A stretch of 64,000 nt of DNA. It comes from Lama glama (taxonomy: Eukaryota). Positions 38,808 through 53,164 of this stretch are shown one piece after another (within the stretch, counting starts at the first letter, position 1; each line of letters opens with the position of its first letter). Both the position numbers and the translations under genes were made by a program. Below the pieces are notes generated by a model. The model had not been told where the DNA came from and did not search any database. It saw only the letters and a program-made list of their open reading frames with translations. The DNA is taken from the NCBI GenBank assembly GCA_028534125.1, contig CM052816.1, forward strand, positions 30,692,001-30,756,000. The letters run 5' to 3'.

Positions 38808-40484
38808 AAATATATTATCCTTTTGATGACTGTCCTTAAGTGATTTTTGCACTAGTGTGACGGCAAATTGACTCTTTACCTTATGAAGTAGGTAAGGAGA
38901 CTTCTGCTGAAGACATGTCTAAAGATCATACACTTTAAAAACTGACCTGTTATTCATACAAAGTTTAGAATAGCCATAGGACTCGCTCTTAAAAACATCT
39001 GAACACTCTGTACTGATGAGGGATAGAAGGAGGGCAAGTAAAGATCCACTTTATGTTAATCACACAGGACTGGAACAGAGCAATAGTCACCGTAAGGTCA
39101 GAAGATACATGACTTTAGCCATCAAGTCTTGGAGTTCAAAGCAACAGAATCAGCTGTAATCTGCTCATCTTCAGTAATAACCAGCCTCTTGGGCATTGTA
39201 ATAAATTTGAGGCTTTGGTTCACCCAGGCAGAACATTTTCTCTGTTCATTCAGCGACAGTATGTGATGGCAGTAATGGTGTTAGGAGACTGTCATCATGC
39301 ACAACAACCATGGCAAGAGCTGGAGTTTCCTACCTCTTCCAGGGGAGACAGTTGTGAGTTTCAGAAGAGTCAGCCCAGTATTCCTAGAATGTCTGAAGAA
39401 TCAAAACCAGCTGGCTTGCCAGTGCCAGCTCTTCTTCTCTTTCTCAAACTGGAGATTTATGAATACCACTTACAAGTAAGGACTGCTCTAGTCTCTGAAT
39501 TTTAATCTTAATTTCAAATACAAGGGACTAAAAAAGCTATCACTCAGCACTTGGCCTCCAGACAAGTCTCGTATCACAGTTGCACCTGTAACTATTAGCC
39601 TATTAACAAAAGACATTAAGGATCTGACTTGATCAGGGAGTCTCAGGTTCTATCTGGGAAGATGCCCAGCTCCACAGTAGCACAGAAGTTGGATCTTGTT
39701 TCTGCAGTTCCCCCTTTTCCCAATAAGTCAAAGCACTAACTTTTCCCTTCCACTTGCATCTAAGAGATGTAACCTATTCCATCCAAGAGGAGGTATGCCA
39801 GCAAAGATCAAAGCTTAAGGCACTGTGATTTTGTAAAACTGTAAGGCAGCTACTACAGGATGCATGATGCATGACTGGCTTGGAGATCATCATTTCAAGC
39901 ATGCCAAGCTCTCCTCCCATCCAAACACATAATCCATAACCCATATGTAAAGAATATGTGATGGCACATCTGTTCCCCCTTATCACACTCTAGACACTCA
40001 ATAAACTTGTTTGAGTACATAAACAAATGAATTTCTCTAAGAGGGAGGTGGAAACTCTCCATTTTTTTTAAGTAGATTATTAGCACTGTCTCTGACACAA
40101 AAATGGAATTTAATCTCATTAGCATGGTTAGAATGTGAAGATGTATCTGACCTTTCACCTTGAGGTCTCTTTCTTAAAATATGGACAGATGAAGTGAATA
40201 TGCTTATCACCTTGCATGTTGACCTGCCTAAGTGTAGACCTGTCCTCCTGCCCACAAGAATCTTTGCTGACAAAGGATGGACATTTCCGCTGGACTCAGA
40301 GTCAGCTTAAATATGAAGGAAGGACAATCAAATAAAGGGCATCAGGAAAATGATGTAACATCCTCAGCCTAAATAGGGGTTATGGCCTTAGTTCTGCAGA
40401 GGGAAGACTCGATTTGGAATAACGGGCAACTGGAAATTAATTTTCCATACAGCATGGGCCAAAGAAATCAGCACCGAAGAAAAC

Positions 40485-40670
40485 AGAACTGATTTTGATT
40501 TGCCTCTCTATCATTTACTAAGCCATATGCAATTAAGTCAGTCATATAAATTATCTGGGTATCACTTGCCTCATCTGTAAAACAGGGATATTAATATTTG
40601 TTAAAGAGTTTACAAAAAGAATAAAAAATCACTAATGTACTTTAAAATTTACTCATGTGTTTATTATTTA
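40485..40670 (+). mobile_element. MIR relic
   Basis: catttactaagccatatg..cctcatctgtaaaacagggatattaata. Confidence 0.75.
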
Positions 40671-43600
40671 CTGAGTATAAAGTTTTTTTAACACATTTGG
40701 AAATATCATTGTCAGATATAATTGAATTGTTCTTACACATATTGTGTGATATTGTAGCTATGTTATTATTAATATTACTACTGAGAAATAGAATCTAACA
40801 GTATAATAAGTCTCACCTCATTGTACAGAGCTCCTTTCCCATGTGGAACTTTGACTGCCAGTAGCCATCTGTATCTATAACCTTCACTTGACCTCAGCTC
40901 AGAAAGGAGTCAGGAGGAGGTTTATAAAAGTAACTAGGGGAAACAATTGTTTACTTTTCTTTTCAAATGCATTGACCTTGTGAACCTCAGCGCTGTTGAA
41001 ATTGTGAGGAATGACAAGAATGCCAAAATTGAAGAAATGTTCCGTCGTCTGTCTTGTCAATTGAAATCTGTCTTGGCCAAAGAATAATTATCTATCAATG
41101 TAAACATGACTCAACAATTCAGGTTCTTCCATTTTGAGCCAAAATGGTAGGCAAAACGTGTTCAAACACTGAGGAGATTAGAGGATCCCCATTAACAATT
41201 TCTCTAAGGGTTTTGAAAGAAAGTTCAGTAGAAAATGGTCACCAAGCACATAAAATTCCACACCCAACTGAGACCAGCAGTCCCCTAAGCCTTTCTGTGA
41301 CTTGAAGAAATCACTTCCTGCTCTACATTTGCTTGATTATCCGCCTACACAATTTGAAGGCAAAACTTGTAAGGTGTGATACTGCGAAGAATACAAAGGA
41401 ATTTTTACAAGACCCCCACTGTCTCCTTATCTGAAAATTGAGCTCTGCTTCTGTTTTTGAATATGAGTTGTGGTTTTAAGAGGTTTTCAAGCTTAAAAAA
41501 ATAAATAAAGACAACTATGGTGTTTAAATCTGTTTGGATGACTTGCTTCTATGGACTTGGGTATCTGCCTTTCAGCCAGGCCTGCATCTCTTTTGAATGA
41601 AGTTAGAGACGGACAGCTCCCAAACTGCTCTGCCATCACTTCACATCACAGTGTTCAGTCTGCTGCCCAAGGAAAAGAAAACGTGTACCTCCATCGTTAG
41701 TCTGTCTTGGCAAAGGTGAACTGACAGACCTCAGCATTTCAAGAGCCACTGTGAATGAAAGCACACCTAAAATTTTCACCAATATCTTATACATTTGGAA
41801 GGAGACAGACATATTTACCTTGGGACTGCATTTTCATTGGGCCAGTAACCACCTCATTAGAAAGCTCTAACCCCTTGACAGTTGTTCTGAGGGCCAGAAA
41901 TAATTCTATCTAGGAAAGAAGTTAGTATCCAAAAAATGTACCACACCCTATATTTGAAGTCTGCTACATGATGCCAAAGATCTTTGAACCCCAGAGTGTG
42001 CCTCAAAATGGGCTTAACATACACAAGTCAACACATCACAGAGATGAGCTTAGAATAACCATCTTTCTTCCTGTGTGAGTCTCAGCTAGCTAGCTCAAAG
42101 GAACTGCATTATGAAGAAGATATGAAGTCAGGTTCCAGGACAAGAATTGTTAAGGGAATAAGAAATCTGTATGAAATCGTCTATAGTCAATATAGTGTTT
42201 CCTCTTCTCTATTCTCTACGTATTCCTTCTTCTCACCTCATCCTTGATTTGTTTTAGTTCTTGTGAAAAGTAAACAAAAATATGAAGAATGACAGGAACT
42301 CAACCCATAATAGAAGCTGAAGATTTAGTGGAGGGTGGGGTTCGGCCACCTGTTACATCCTGGTTTCAGAATAGAATAAAAATTGATTTCTGTGCATTAT
42401 GTTATGGAGACACAATATTCTGAACCAAAAGGTAATTTAAAATTCCTTACTTTGCATTTCTTGCTTGTTTCTGGTTTATTTCTTACTCTAAACTATATAC
42501 ACCTTCTGCTATCTCTCCCCCTCTCCTCCCCTCTCTCCTACCCCTTATTCCTCTTCCTCCTGTACTTCCACTTTTTATATACAGGGTGACCCTGTTTAAT
42601 TATTAACAGGACCTACAAATTAAAAAGCAGCAGGACTGGTGATCAAAGTTCAACCAATCTATACATGGTGCATCTCTTAAACGGTGAATACTTAAAAAAA
42701 TAACTATCCCTAAAAGTGAAGATTTTAAATAAGGTTACTTGAAGATCTCAAGAATTTATGAACACCATATATGTTTTCTATATGTACATTTTATCAAGTT
42801 CTAAAATGTAATGACCCAAAGCTGAAAAATAAATACAACAAATGTTTTAAAGGAGAAAGAGCAAAAGGTGAGTGTGTATATATACCTGCTTTGAATTAAT
42901 TACAAACCCTAACTACATAATTTTGAGAATTACAGTGGTCATATGAAATTCAGATCCTAATGATCTACAACAGAATAGAGAAGGTAACTTTATGACTGCG
43001 CCCAGTGTGACCAGACACTCAGCTCAAGTCTCAGAGCATTTTTTGACAATTTCATCACCCTCACCTTGTGGGAATCTGGGCACTTGGACATCCTAATCTG
43101 TAGTTTGAACACAGTTAGTTATTTTACATCAATTTTATCAAGAAAGCATTATTTTAAAATGTTTATTTTTTTAAAAAAAGAACAGTAGGGCTAATGTATC
43201 GCCCTGGAATTCTGGTGCTTCTCTCCTCACTTTTTGCAGCTGGAATAGAGGGGTGATCTTGTTCTCTTATATTTTAACTCATATCTCTTTTTCCCTGAAC
43301 TCCTTGGTGTGGCCTCATCTCTCGCCCCAGGAAATACACATACACAGTGATGCGATTTTACTTTTTTGTTTCTGGGTCTGGAAATTTGTAAAGAATAGAG
43401 GGAAATGTGTTGTTATTCAACAATGAGAAAATCAAAATAGAATAAAGTGTTATGTTACAATGTTAGTTTAAAACAGAATATTTAGTAGCCTCCCAAAAAA
43501 TTGCTGTTCATGTTTATGAAGCAAGAGTGAGTCGTAAGTGTTTGTGAAAAGATCACAGGTGGAAAAAAAAAAAAGATCGTAAGTGCATAAATAAAGCCCT

Positions 43601-44429
43601 AGGGGTTAGGGGGAAGGTTAGACTGTTGCAGAGGTTTCATTAAATGATCTTGTCCTCATCTACTCATGACTACAGTTTTCAAAAAAAATAGTGATAATTT
43701 ATCACAATCATCGAATAACATGTACAGTAGGAGAATGTGACTCAGACATTCTCTTTGTCCATAAGGGACTATTTCAGGGTCCGTGGGCTTCACTGGATGA
43801 CTGTCTTCAGTACTAGATGCTGGAGTTTCCCTTCCCTTCCTCTTTATCTGCAAATGGAGCCACCTCCCAACTACACCAGCTTTTTCCCTTCCCCTTCTAG
43901 GGACTAGTGACTCTCAGCAAAGCAGATACTCTTTGAAAAGTATGCTGTTTACTCAGAAGAAGTGAACGGTTCAGAATAAAAGATCTTTAAGATCATATAC
44001 AGGTTACTAAAGTCACTAAAAGCAGGGTGTGGACCCACCTGCATCTAAAATGACTGTCTCAATTCTTTGCAGGAATCCAGTGCCCACTCATTTATACCTG
44101 CAACTTCCTCCTGACCTCCCTGCCTGAACTATCAGGTTCTGTTTTAACTGACTTCCACTCTCTGAAGACTTTGAGAATAATATCTTCCTTCCTTGTTTAA
44201 CAAAGGAAAAAAAAATCCTCTTTATTGTTTGTCTCTGAAATGTCAGTCATCTCATCTCAGATTCTGCTTTATTCCTGGAGCCTGTGTCTGCTTCTCTTTT
44301 GCGGACTGTGAACAGCACTCTATCACCAAGGCTGTGGGCTTCTGTGAGTGACAGTCCTGGAAAACCACTAGAACTGCCCCTCATGCTGACCCTTAGGCCA
44401 GTGACGCCTGCTTTAAACTCCTAATGTTA

Positions 44430-44448
44430 CCGCTCCCCCTGGTGTAAC
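44430..44448 (-). promoter_or_regulatory. Candidate CTCF binding site
   Basis: Minus strand gttACACCAGGGGGAGCgg versus core consensus CCACCAGGGGGCGC; several CpGs retained nearby. Confidence 0.55.
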
Positions 44449-47034
44449 TCTTCTCTCAGGGTTCTCCGAGCTTTGGACGGTCATCCTAAGGCCAGGCTAC
44501 TACATGATTGCACAAAGTGCGGCAATAATCAACTATTTGCTCTAACCTTTTCACCCATTTTCTCCTCCTATCTTCAGATCCAATCAGAATGAGAGATTAT
44601 AAATGCTGCCTAGATTCATCCATAAGATTTCTCAATCAATCTCCTCTGTTTCCTAGATTTTTTTCATTTCCTTCTCTGAAAGGACTCCTACTTTGATTAA
44701 ACTTCCTGTGTATATGAATTCCCTCCATTATTTTTAAAACAGAAGCAAAGATTAAACATAGTTTCTCAAATCTCCCATTACTTTATATGGATCCTACTTC
44801 TATGTTCACCCATCTTTCTTCATCCTTCAGCAAGTGTTACCATCATATTATTCTCACCTTTACTGCAAAGCTATTGGCAGAATTTGCTATGTTTATTTCA
44901 GTATATTTCTTAGAGTCTCTTCTATATGTGTTGTATAGCAATAACTGTTCTTCTAAATTATAATCAAACATCTCAAAGTATTATTTTCATGAGTATTGAC
45001 CCAAAATTTCTATGAAGTAGAACCATCACATTTTTCTTTTACGATTCTTTGCTCTTTTTCTTGTTTCACTGCCAGTAACTATTCTATCTCTCCAAGTGAA
45101 AAATTTGAGTTTTCGTGCCATTTCCCCTTTTAACCTTAACCTTTCTTGTCGCCCTCCTGTTTCCTCCACACAAATACACTCAGACACAAGCACATACATG
45201 CACAAGTCAGTGCACAAGAAGTGATATGTTTTCTTTTCTGTTTTAGTGCCAACTCGTAAGAATGAGAAAGAGAGATGAAAGAGGCAAAAGTGGACCAGGA
45301 TAAAGACAGAAACACTACATGCTAGAACTAGGGATGAGTTCAAAAGGAGCAAAAGAAAGAGAAACTTGACAGAGCCCCCACAGAGAAAAACTGCCTATTT
45401 GTCTTACAATAATTTAAATAATAAGATCTAAAGTCAGAAAAACCACACTTCAATTTTTACCTACCAACATCAGTAGATTGTCACAGCACAGAGATTACCT
45501 GGTCTCACATCTAGACTGTTTTCAAAGACTGATCATATACTTGCCTTAAAAACATTTTTCTAAGGTAGAAACCTAGAAAAGGAACTAGAAAATGACAGTG
45601 TGTCTCACCCTCACATTCTTATATATTTTAAGAGCACAAGCCATTTTTCATTATATTACCTCTTCCTAGTCATAATCATTTACTACAACAACCCTTTCTT
45701 CTCCCCAATACAGCAATCTATTATCTTTGAAGTTGAATCAATATTTTGACCCTGCTTGAACACCATGAAACTGGCATCTCCCAAATATTGGATCTAGGAA
45801 AAGGTTAATAAAATAAACTAATTACTATTTTAGGTATTGCCATAATTATGACTGTCCCTCAAATCATATGAAATTTAGCTTCCAAAGAAATGTGTCTCTG
45901 CACTTTATCTTGTGTCAGTATTTTCTTCATTTTTAAGACTTTCCATCACCCCACATCTACATATATATTGTTTCTTTCCACCCTGTGATTCTTCATTTTC
46001 CCTCTGACCAGTTTTTCTTCCTTTTCTCAATCCTGCCATTCTGTATTTTTATCTTTTCACAAGTCTCAGTGCCTGATACAGAATCCGTTATGTTGTTAAA
46101 GTGAAAAGGATCAATATCATTGTTGAAGAAAACAGTATCATTGTTGAAGAAAGTTCTAGTAATGCAGTATTATTGATTTGAACATTTTAATATGTTTAAA
46201 TGTTAGGTGCACCCTGGGATTAGAACTGTAGAATTAGAATTAGGCGTGCTATGTGATTTAGAAATTTATCCTTCCTTCCTTCCTCCCTGCCCTCCCTTTC
46301 TTTTTCTTTCTCTTTCTTCCTCTTTCACCCCAAAGGTCATCAAATCTGAAGATACAAACATGTAGCACTAAAAGACCTGATAAATACAAATATTATTGGA
46401 TTGGATGAAGATGTATGCTATTTATGGTGGATATATGGAATTTACCAAAAAATTCAATGTCACGAAATCCAAGTTTCAAAGTTAAGGCAATGCAGATTTA
46501 GGAAAGGACTTTTTGGCATAGGATAATGCATTCTTACATGATAAATTGTCCCATTTATTCTAATTGATTTCTGGTTTTGTCTCTGGTTTGATTTTGCATC
46601 AGAGAAATTTAGCACCTCCAGTCCCAATCTTTTAATACAACTGCTAATGCAATCATCAAAAAACCAAACAGCTTCTGAAAGAAATTCTGCCACAGACAGG
46701 CAGCTATGTCTTGTGATTGACATAAAGAGATAAAGAAAAAGCATATTTTCCAGTCAAACTGCATTGTACTACTGAAGATATTTTTACTACCCTTAGCTAA
46801 CTCAGGAGTAGCAGGAGATGCTATCTCATGTTATTAATGTTGCTTATCTGATGAAGCATGAGAACTTCAAAGCTAATGTTTCCTGGATACTCAAACACTT
46901 CCCTCAAATCTGCTGGTTACTTAATGTGAAAGCAAATGGTACCTATCTGTCCATTATCTACCTGCCTACCTATTTTTACTATTAATCATCTATCTCATAA
47001 CCTCTTCTCTTCTTCAAACACCAGAATATACTAT

Positions 47035-47406
47035 ATTAGATTATGTTGTGACAACAAATACCACCCCAAGGCTTCCAGTAAATATCTTTTTATCTTTCCT
47101 CATGCATGTACATTTTGAATCAGTGACAACTCTGTCCCATATCATTTTTACAGGAGTGCCAGGCTCACAGAAATGTCTGTCTGAAGGGTCCCTAAATTTG
47201 CAGCAGCAGGAGAGCAACAACAAAAAACCAAACCACATTCTGGTTTCCACCTATCAACTTAGAAATGACACTCATCTCTATTTACGAGTCAAATAGAAGC
47301 CATATATGCATAAACCAGGTCAGGAGTAGATCATCTTTTATCAGGAAGGGTCACTGTAAGGAATGGGAATAGAATATTTGGCAAGGAAGTAATGGATTCT
47401 ATCACA
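47035..47406 (-). mobile_element. Old MLT1 (MLT1K/L-like) MaLR LTR
   Basis: attagattatgttgtgacaacaaata..cccaa...agaaatgacac..gaatatttgg..ctatcaca. Confidence 0.7.
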
Positions 47407-49186
47407 TGTGTAATATTTTGATGTGTTAATAGTGTGCATTTATTTAGAATCCTTTATTTTTTTCCTGTAATTTTATTGTGAAAAATTTCAAACATACACC
47501 CATGGTGAAAGAACTGGGTAGCAAACTCTCATACACACACCACCTACATTCTACTCTTAACATTTTACTATACTTATTTTGTTACATATTTATTCATGTA
47601 TCATCCTTTTTTTTTCATCCAAAGAAAATTGCAGACATCAAAATATATTGCAGACATCAGTTCACTTTTCCCTGAATACTTCAGCATGCACATCATTGAG
47701 TTTAGTACTTACACAGAGGTTTTTAAATAAAATTTACATACAGTGAGGTATATAAAGATACATATTCATTTGCTAAATTGTGATAGGTGCATAGACCTAT
47801 GTAACCAAAACCGCTTTCACACTATAGAACATTTCTATAAACCCATGAATTTCCCCCAAGCCCTATCATAGTCATCCTCTGCCTCTACTCATTTCCAAAA
47901 ACACACACTCATCTAATTCATTTTACCTATTCTAGCACTTTGCATAAATGAAATAACAGAGTAATTATCTTTTGTGTAAGGCATTTTTTTCCCACTGGGC
48001 ATTTTTTTGAGACTCATCCATGTTGGATCTACATGTCCTTCCTTTATAGAAGTAAGTATTATTCAATTGTATGAATAGTCTACAGTTTACTTATTCTCAT
48101 GTTGATGGACATCTCATCAATTTTTGTAATTAGTAATAAAGCTTTTATGAACATTCGCTTACAAGTCTTCTAGTGGATTTAAGTTGACATTTCTCAGGGG
48201 TAAATTCCTACGAGGGGAATTGTTGGGTGAAATGGTAAGTAAATGTTTACAAGAAACAACCACAAGGGTTCCCAAAGTGTTTACAGTATTTTATATCTCC
48301 TCTAGCAACGTCAGAAATTTGCAATTACTCATCAACTCGGTGATACTTTTAAATTTTTACCACTTTAATGTCTGTGAAGTAGGTTCTCACTGTAGTTTTA
48401 ATTTGTATAGCCCAGTTGAACATCATGCTGAGAACAATTTCATGTACTTATTGGCCGTGCTATAAGTCATTTATGATGGAATATTTTGCCTGTTAATTTT
48501 GATTGTATTCTTTTTCTTATTATTGAGTTCTATTCCAGAAATAGACAATTATTCAAATGCATTCCTTACAAATATTATCTCCCTAGATGTGGCTTACATT
48601 CCATTTCCTTAGGGTTGTCTTTTGAAGAGTAGAAATTTTAAATTTTGATGAGTCACACATCACTTTTTCTGTTTAGTGATTTCTGTGTTTCATCAATGGT
48701 CTTTGACCATCTCAAGGTCACAAAGGTATCTTGTACATTTCCTTCTTGAAGTTTTAAACGTGTGAATTTACATTTAGGTCCACAGTAAATTTTGGTATGT
48801 TTCATGTTTCAAGTGAGTTCATGGTTCATATTTTTCCATACAAATATCTAGTGGTTCGAGCACTATTTGTTAGTACCACCATTTTCCTTCATTATGGTAG
48901 CACCTTTTCTGAAAATCAGTCGGCCATACATGTGTGAGCTTATATCTGGATTTTCTGTCTTTACGGAAAGAACATATTGCCTCGAACTGTAGTTTTCACA
49001 TAAATATGAAGATAAAGTAGTATGTGTCCTCCAAATGTGTTATCTTTCAGAATTCTCTGGGCTATTCTAGGTCCTTTGTTCTAATTTAAGTTTTAAAATC
49101 AGCCTTTTGATTTCTACAAAATGAAAAAGAAAAGCTTTCTGTGATTCTGATTAAAATTGTGGTAACAATAATTTGAGAAAGGACAG

Positions 49187-49390
49187 CGTGATAGATTAAA
49201 GATGGTCACAAAGTTTCTACTACCCCTCCCACTGAGAGATAAAGTCAAATTCTTCTCCCTTTAGTCTGGGCTGGCATAACCAACAGAATGTGGAAGAAGT
49301 GATGTTGTGTGACTTCTGCTGTTGGGTCACACAAGTCTCATGAATTCTATTCGGAAGCCTGAGCTTCCACCCAAGATGCATGACCGCTTT
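49187..49390 (+). mobile_element. MLT1G/H-like LTR, 5' part only
   Basis: gtgatagattaaagatggtcacaaa..cctcccactgagag..accaacagaatgtggaagaagtgatg. Confidence 0.8.
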
Positions 49391-49498
49391 GGGACAGCCT
49401 ACTTGACATCTTTATCTTATCCCCACTCTCAGGGGAAAATGTTCAGTATTCCCCCACAGTGTAATACTAGATATAGGCTTTTCATATATGTTGTTTAT

Positions 49499-49963
49499 TG
49501 TGCTTGAATGAATAATAGCCCCTCCCCCAAAGATTTCCAAATCCTAATTCCTATGACTTGTAAATATATTACCTATATGTTAAAAGAGACTTTGCTAATG
49601 TGATTAAAGATTTTGTTATGTGGAGATCATCCTGGATTATCCAGGTGGGCCCAATGTAATAAACTCCTTTACAAGAGGGAAGCAGAAAGTGCATAATCAG
49701 AAAATGAATGTATGGGGACAGAGTCAGAGGTTGGATTGATGCACTTTTAAAATGGAGGGAAGAACCAAAAGCCAGGGAATGCAGGTGGCCATTAGAAGCT
49801 GAGAAAGACAAAAAGATCCTCTCTAAAGCAGTTAGAAAAGATGTAGCCCCACTGACACTTTGATTTTAGACTTCAGACTTTCAAAACTGTAAGAGAAGAA
49901 ATTCTGTTTTTAAGTCACTAAATTTGCAGTAATTTGTTTCAGATGCAATAAGGAACTAATGCA
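49499..49963 (+). mobile_element. MLT1D-like MaLR solo LTR
   Basis: TG...CA; tcctggattatccaggtgggcccaatgtaat core; terminal gcaataaggaactaatgca. Confidence 0.9.
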
Positions 49964-51519
49964 GATTAAGAAACAGAAATGGTACTGCAAGACTAATATT
50001 AAATCCAAATGGGAAAAGTGAATATCCTTGTCTGATTCCCAGTCTTAAGCAAAAAGTTCGTGGTATTTCAACATTAACTATGATGCTAGATGCAAGTTTT
50101 TCATATGTATCTTTTATTAAGTTTAAACAGTTTTCTTCTAACCCTGAGACCTTTCATCAGGAATAGATATGAACTATGTCGAGTGACTTTTTCTGCATCT
50201 ATTGAGGTAACAAGATTTCTAATTTTTCTTTTGTTAATGTAAATTTCATTGATTTTAGAATTGCATTTGGGATAAACATTCATTTATACTGTAATAGTTT
50301 TTCTGTTTTTTCATATGGTGCTGGTTTAAATTGTCTGATATTTTTCAGGAAGATTTTTACCTCTATAGTCACAAAAGATACTGACCTGCAATTCTTTTTA
50401 TCACGCCTTTATCTGATTCTGGTATCAGGTTATGCCAGTCTCAGTAAATAAGTCCAAAATTCTTTCCTCTCCTTTATTTTCTGATTAATATAAGTTGGGC
50501 ATAATATTTTTCTTAAATGTTGGTGGAGTTCACCACTTAAACATCCCAGTTTTCTTTGTAGAAATGATTATGACTATACATTTAATTTTAAGCACAGATC
50601 TATTCAAATTTCTATTTTATGTGTAAATGTTAAGTTGCAGTTTTCAAGAAATTTGCCAATTTCAAGTAAGTTGTTGAGAAACAAATTACCTTTCCATGTT
50701 TTGGCATGATCAGAGCTTTCTGAGCAAAAAATACTGGCAACCTGGGTTAAAGGATGCATGAAAGGTAAACAATCCTTGGTAGTTATCTATAAATGATAGA
50801 GAGCTCCAGAGACATTCACAGCTTTATCTCCCCTTGAACCATTTGTTTGCATTCCAAAGTGTATTGAAGCTAGGGACTGTCCCCTCCTCCCATCTACACA
50901 GGATTTGTTTAACAAACGTCATTCTGCCTTTCCAGAAGGAGCAGAGTTAGCTGTGGCACCAAACCTAAGCTCCAAATTCATATTTTTTGAGCTCCTATCT
51001 TGTGTTATAGACACCTCCACATATACAGGTGATATCTGCCCTCACTGCACCATTTCTTGTGGGGTTGGGGTGTGGAGAACCTACACTAAGATGCTTTCTA
51101 AGTAAATAATAGGTATTTTCTCTGATCTAAAATCCCAATGGTTTTTATCAGGATAAAATTAACATAGATAACAAAAATTTAAACAGTATTTCTTCAAAAT
51201 ATTCTGAATTGTATCTAGACGTGCTTTTCTTTCTGTTCACCTTGCTTAGTGTTCAATGACTTTCTTGGATCTCAAAATTAATGCATTTTATTAAACTGGG
51301 GATATTCAAGTACTTTTTCAATATTTGCCCAATGCCTAAAAACCATTGCCTTCTCTATTTGTCAAGTTTTATAGCTGTTTACAGAAGGAGAGGTAGCTGA
51401 GAACCAGTTACCCCTTAGTGGCCTCAAGTAGCATTCCCACCATTCATTTAAATATTGATGGCTCTGCAATCAATGTTTGGCCAAATCCCCTTTTCCAACC
51501 GTTTAATATATGGCTAACT

Positions 51520-52700
51520 TTCTACAGCTTAACTATATAATGTCCCACATTGAGTTAGCTCAAAGTCACAATTTGAGTTCATAAGTAAACTAATTTCCTC
51601 CCCCTTCAGCCTTCTTTCCCTTTATTCTTTGTATCAGAGAATAGTACCACCAATTATCCACACTTCCAAGACAAATAGGTGAACATCATCTAAAATTCAA
51701 CCTGTCACTCATCATTGTGGTAGACAAAATAGTGCCCTCGCTTCCCCCCTCCCAAAAAAAGCCCATATACTAATGCCTGGAACCTGTGACATTGTTACCT
51801 TATATAGCAAAAGAGATTTTGAAGATGGGATTTAGTTAAGAATTTTGAGGTGAGAAGATTATTCTGGGTTATCCTGGTGGGTGCAATGTGATCAAAGGGG
51901 CCTTATAAAGAGGAAGCAGGGTCATAAAGCAGAGGTCAGAGAGAGAGGGTTTGGAAGATGCTATGCTGCTGGTTTTGATGGTGGAGGAAGGGGCCGTGGG
52001 CAGATGAATGCAGGAGAAGACCTGGAAACTGGAAAAGACCAGGAAACAGATTCTCCCTTACAGCCTCCAGAAGGAGCACAGCCCTCTGTCCCTCTGAGGT
52101 TAGCCCAGTGAAGCTGTTTCAGGCTTTGATCTCCAGAACTGTAATGTAATAAATTTATGTTATTTGAGTTCACTAATTGGCGATAATTTGTTACAGCAAC
52201 AATAGGAAACTAAAATTGTCATCAGTATCCAACTCCCGTAGAAACACTCTCATTCTGTTCATTCCTTATCATTCCTCATGCAATGTCATTGCTTATATGG
52301 GCTTCATCTCCATGTGTACTTGACTAGCCTCTAATCTCATCTTCCTACCATCAGCTTACCTTGTAGCAATCCCTGCCTCACTAGTCTCCTATCTAAACTA
52401 CATGATGGTACTTGAGTAATACTCCTAAAATTACAATCCATTTATGGTATTCCTTGTTTAAAACTCTCCAGTGCATTATATATACTTTCAGGATAACTTC
52501 AGGTCTCCTGAGGTTAGCACAATGGCCCTTCAGTTTCACACACTTCCTCATGTCTGCTACCATTGGCCCATGATGTACTCCCAGTTCTCTGATCGGTACA
52601 GCATCCCATGTTAATCACACACCTCACAGTGTGCCCACAAATGTGCTGTTCTCTCTCCTCCTCCATCTGGGACATTCAGTAAGTAGCTATTTGAGAAAAT
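51520..52700 (+). mobile_element. L2 fragment interrupted by MLT1D
   Basis: aatagtaccaccaattatccacac..catcatct before and tgtttaaaactctccagtg..ttcaggataa..aatggccctt after the LTR. Confidence 0.7.
51716..52217 (+). mobile_element. MLT1D-like MaLR solo LTR
   Basis: tgtggtagacaaaata start; cagattctccc..cagcctccagaagga; ttgttacagcaacaataggaaactaa end; candidate 5-bp TSD atcat/gtcat. Confidence 0.92.
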
Positions 52701-53164
52701 GACCGAATGTAATTTCCCTATCAACATGAACACCAAACTAATTTAACTTTATGAGTGGTATTCTGACTAATGTACACGAATACATTTGTGTTCTTTTTGA
52801 ACCACATATCGTATTTCTTCATATGGGGCTAAAATGACTGTTTACCCACACTGTCCTTTTTGCAGCATTCTAATGCGTATTTTCAATTGGTTAAAAAGAG
52901 TTTATTATAAATGGTCAAAAAGAGTTGATTTTAAAATGGAAATAAATGATACTATACAATTCTTTCACAGGAGTGTTCACTTGCAGGCCTACTTAGGAAA
53001 TATTTATTAGGTTAACTACATGCTATCAAATTGGAATTAGGAGGGTATGACCCTTCTTACTGCTTACATACTGACTTTCAGAAAGTAAACCCTTTCAGAA
53101 ATGTAGGTATTTGTTCTTCATTAAAATTTGAAAAATTTGATAAAGTCATGGTTTTCTTTAAACT

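Larger units (their letters stand above)
47460..51432 (-). mobile_element. Fragmented L1MD/L1ME-type LINE-1 (3' end at left), with MLT1 insertions
   Basis: 3'UTR ttttattgtgaaaaatttcaaacataca; antisense ORF2 48000-49180 and 49980-50680 (ORF 50101-50283 has SIDAEK of L1 RT); 5'-end-like segment 51170-51432. Confidence 0.85.

Noticed and set aside
46115..46152. Small tandem duplications (also ~12042-12074, ~18311-18349, ~47628-47659)
   Set aside because: Ordinary slippage-type duplications with no functional context
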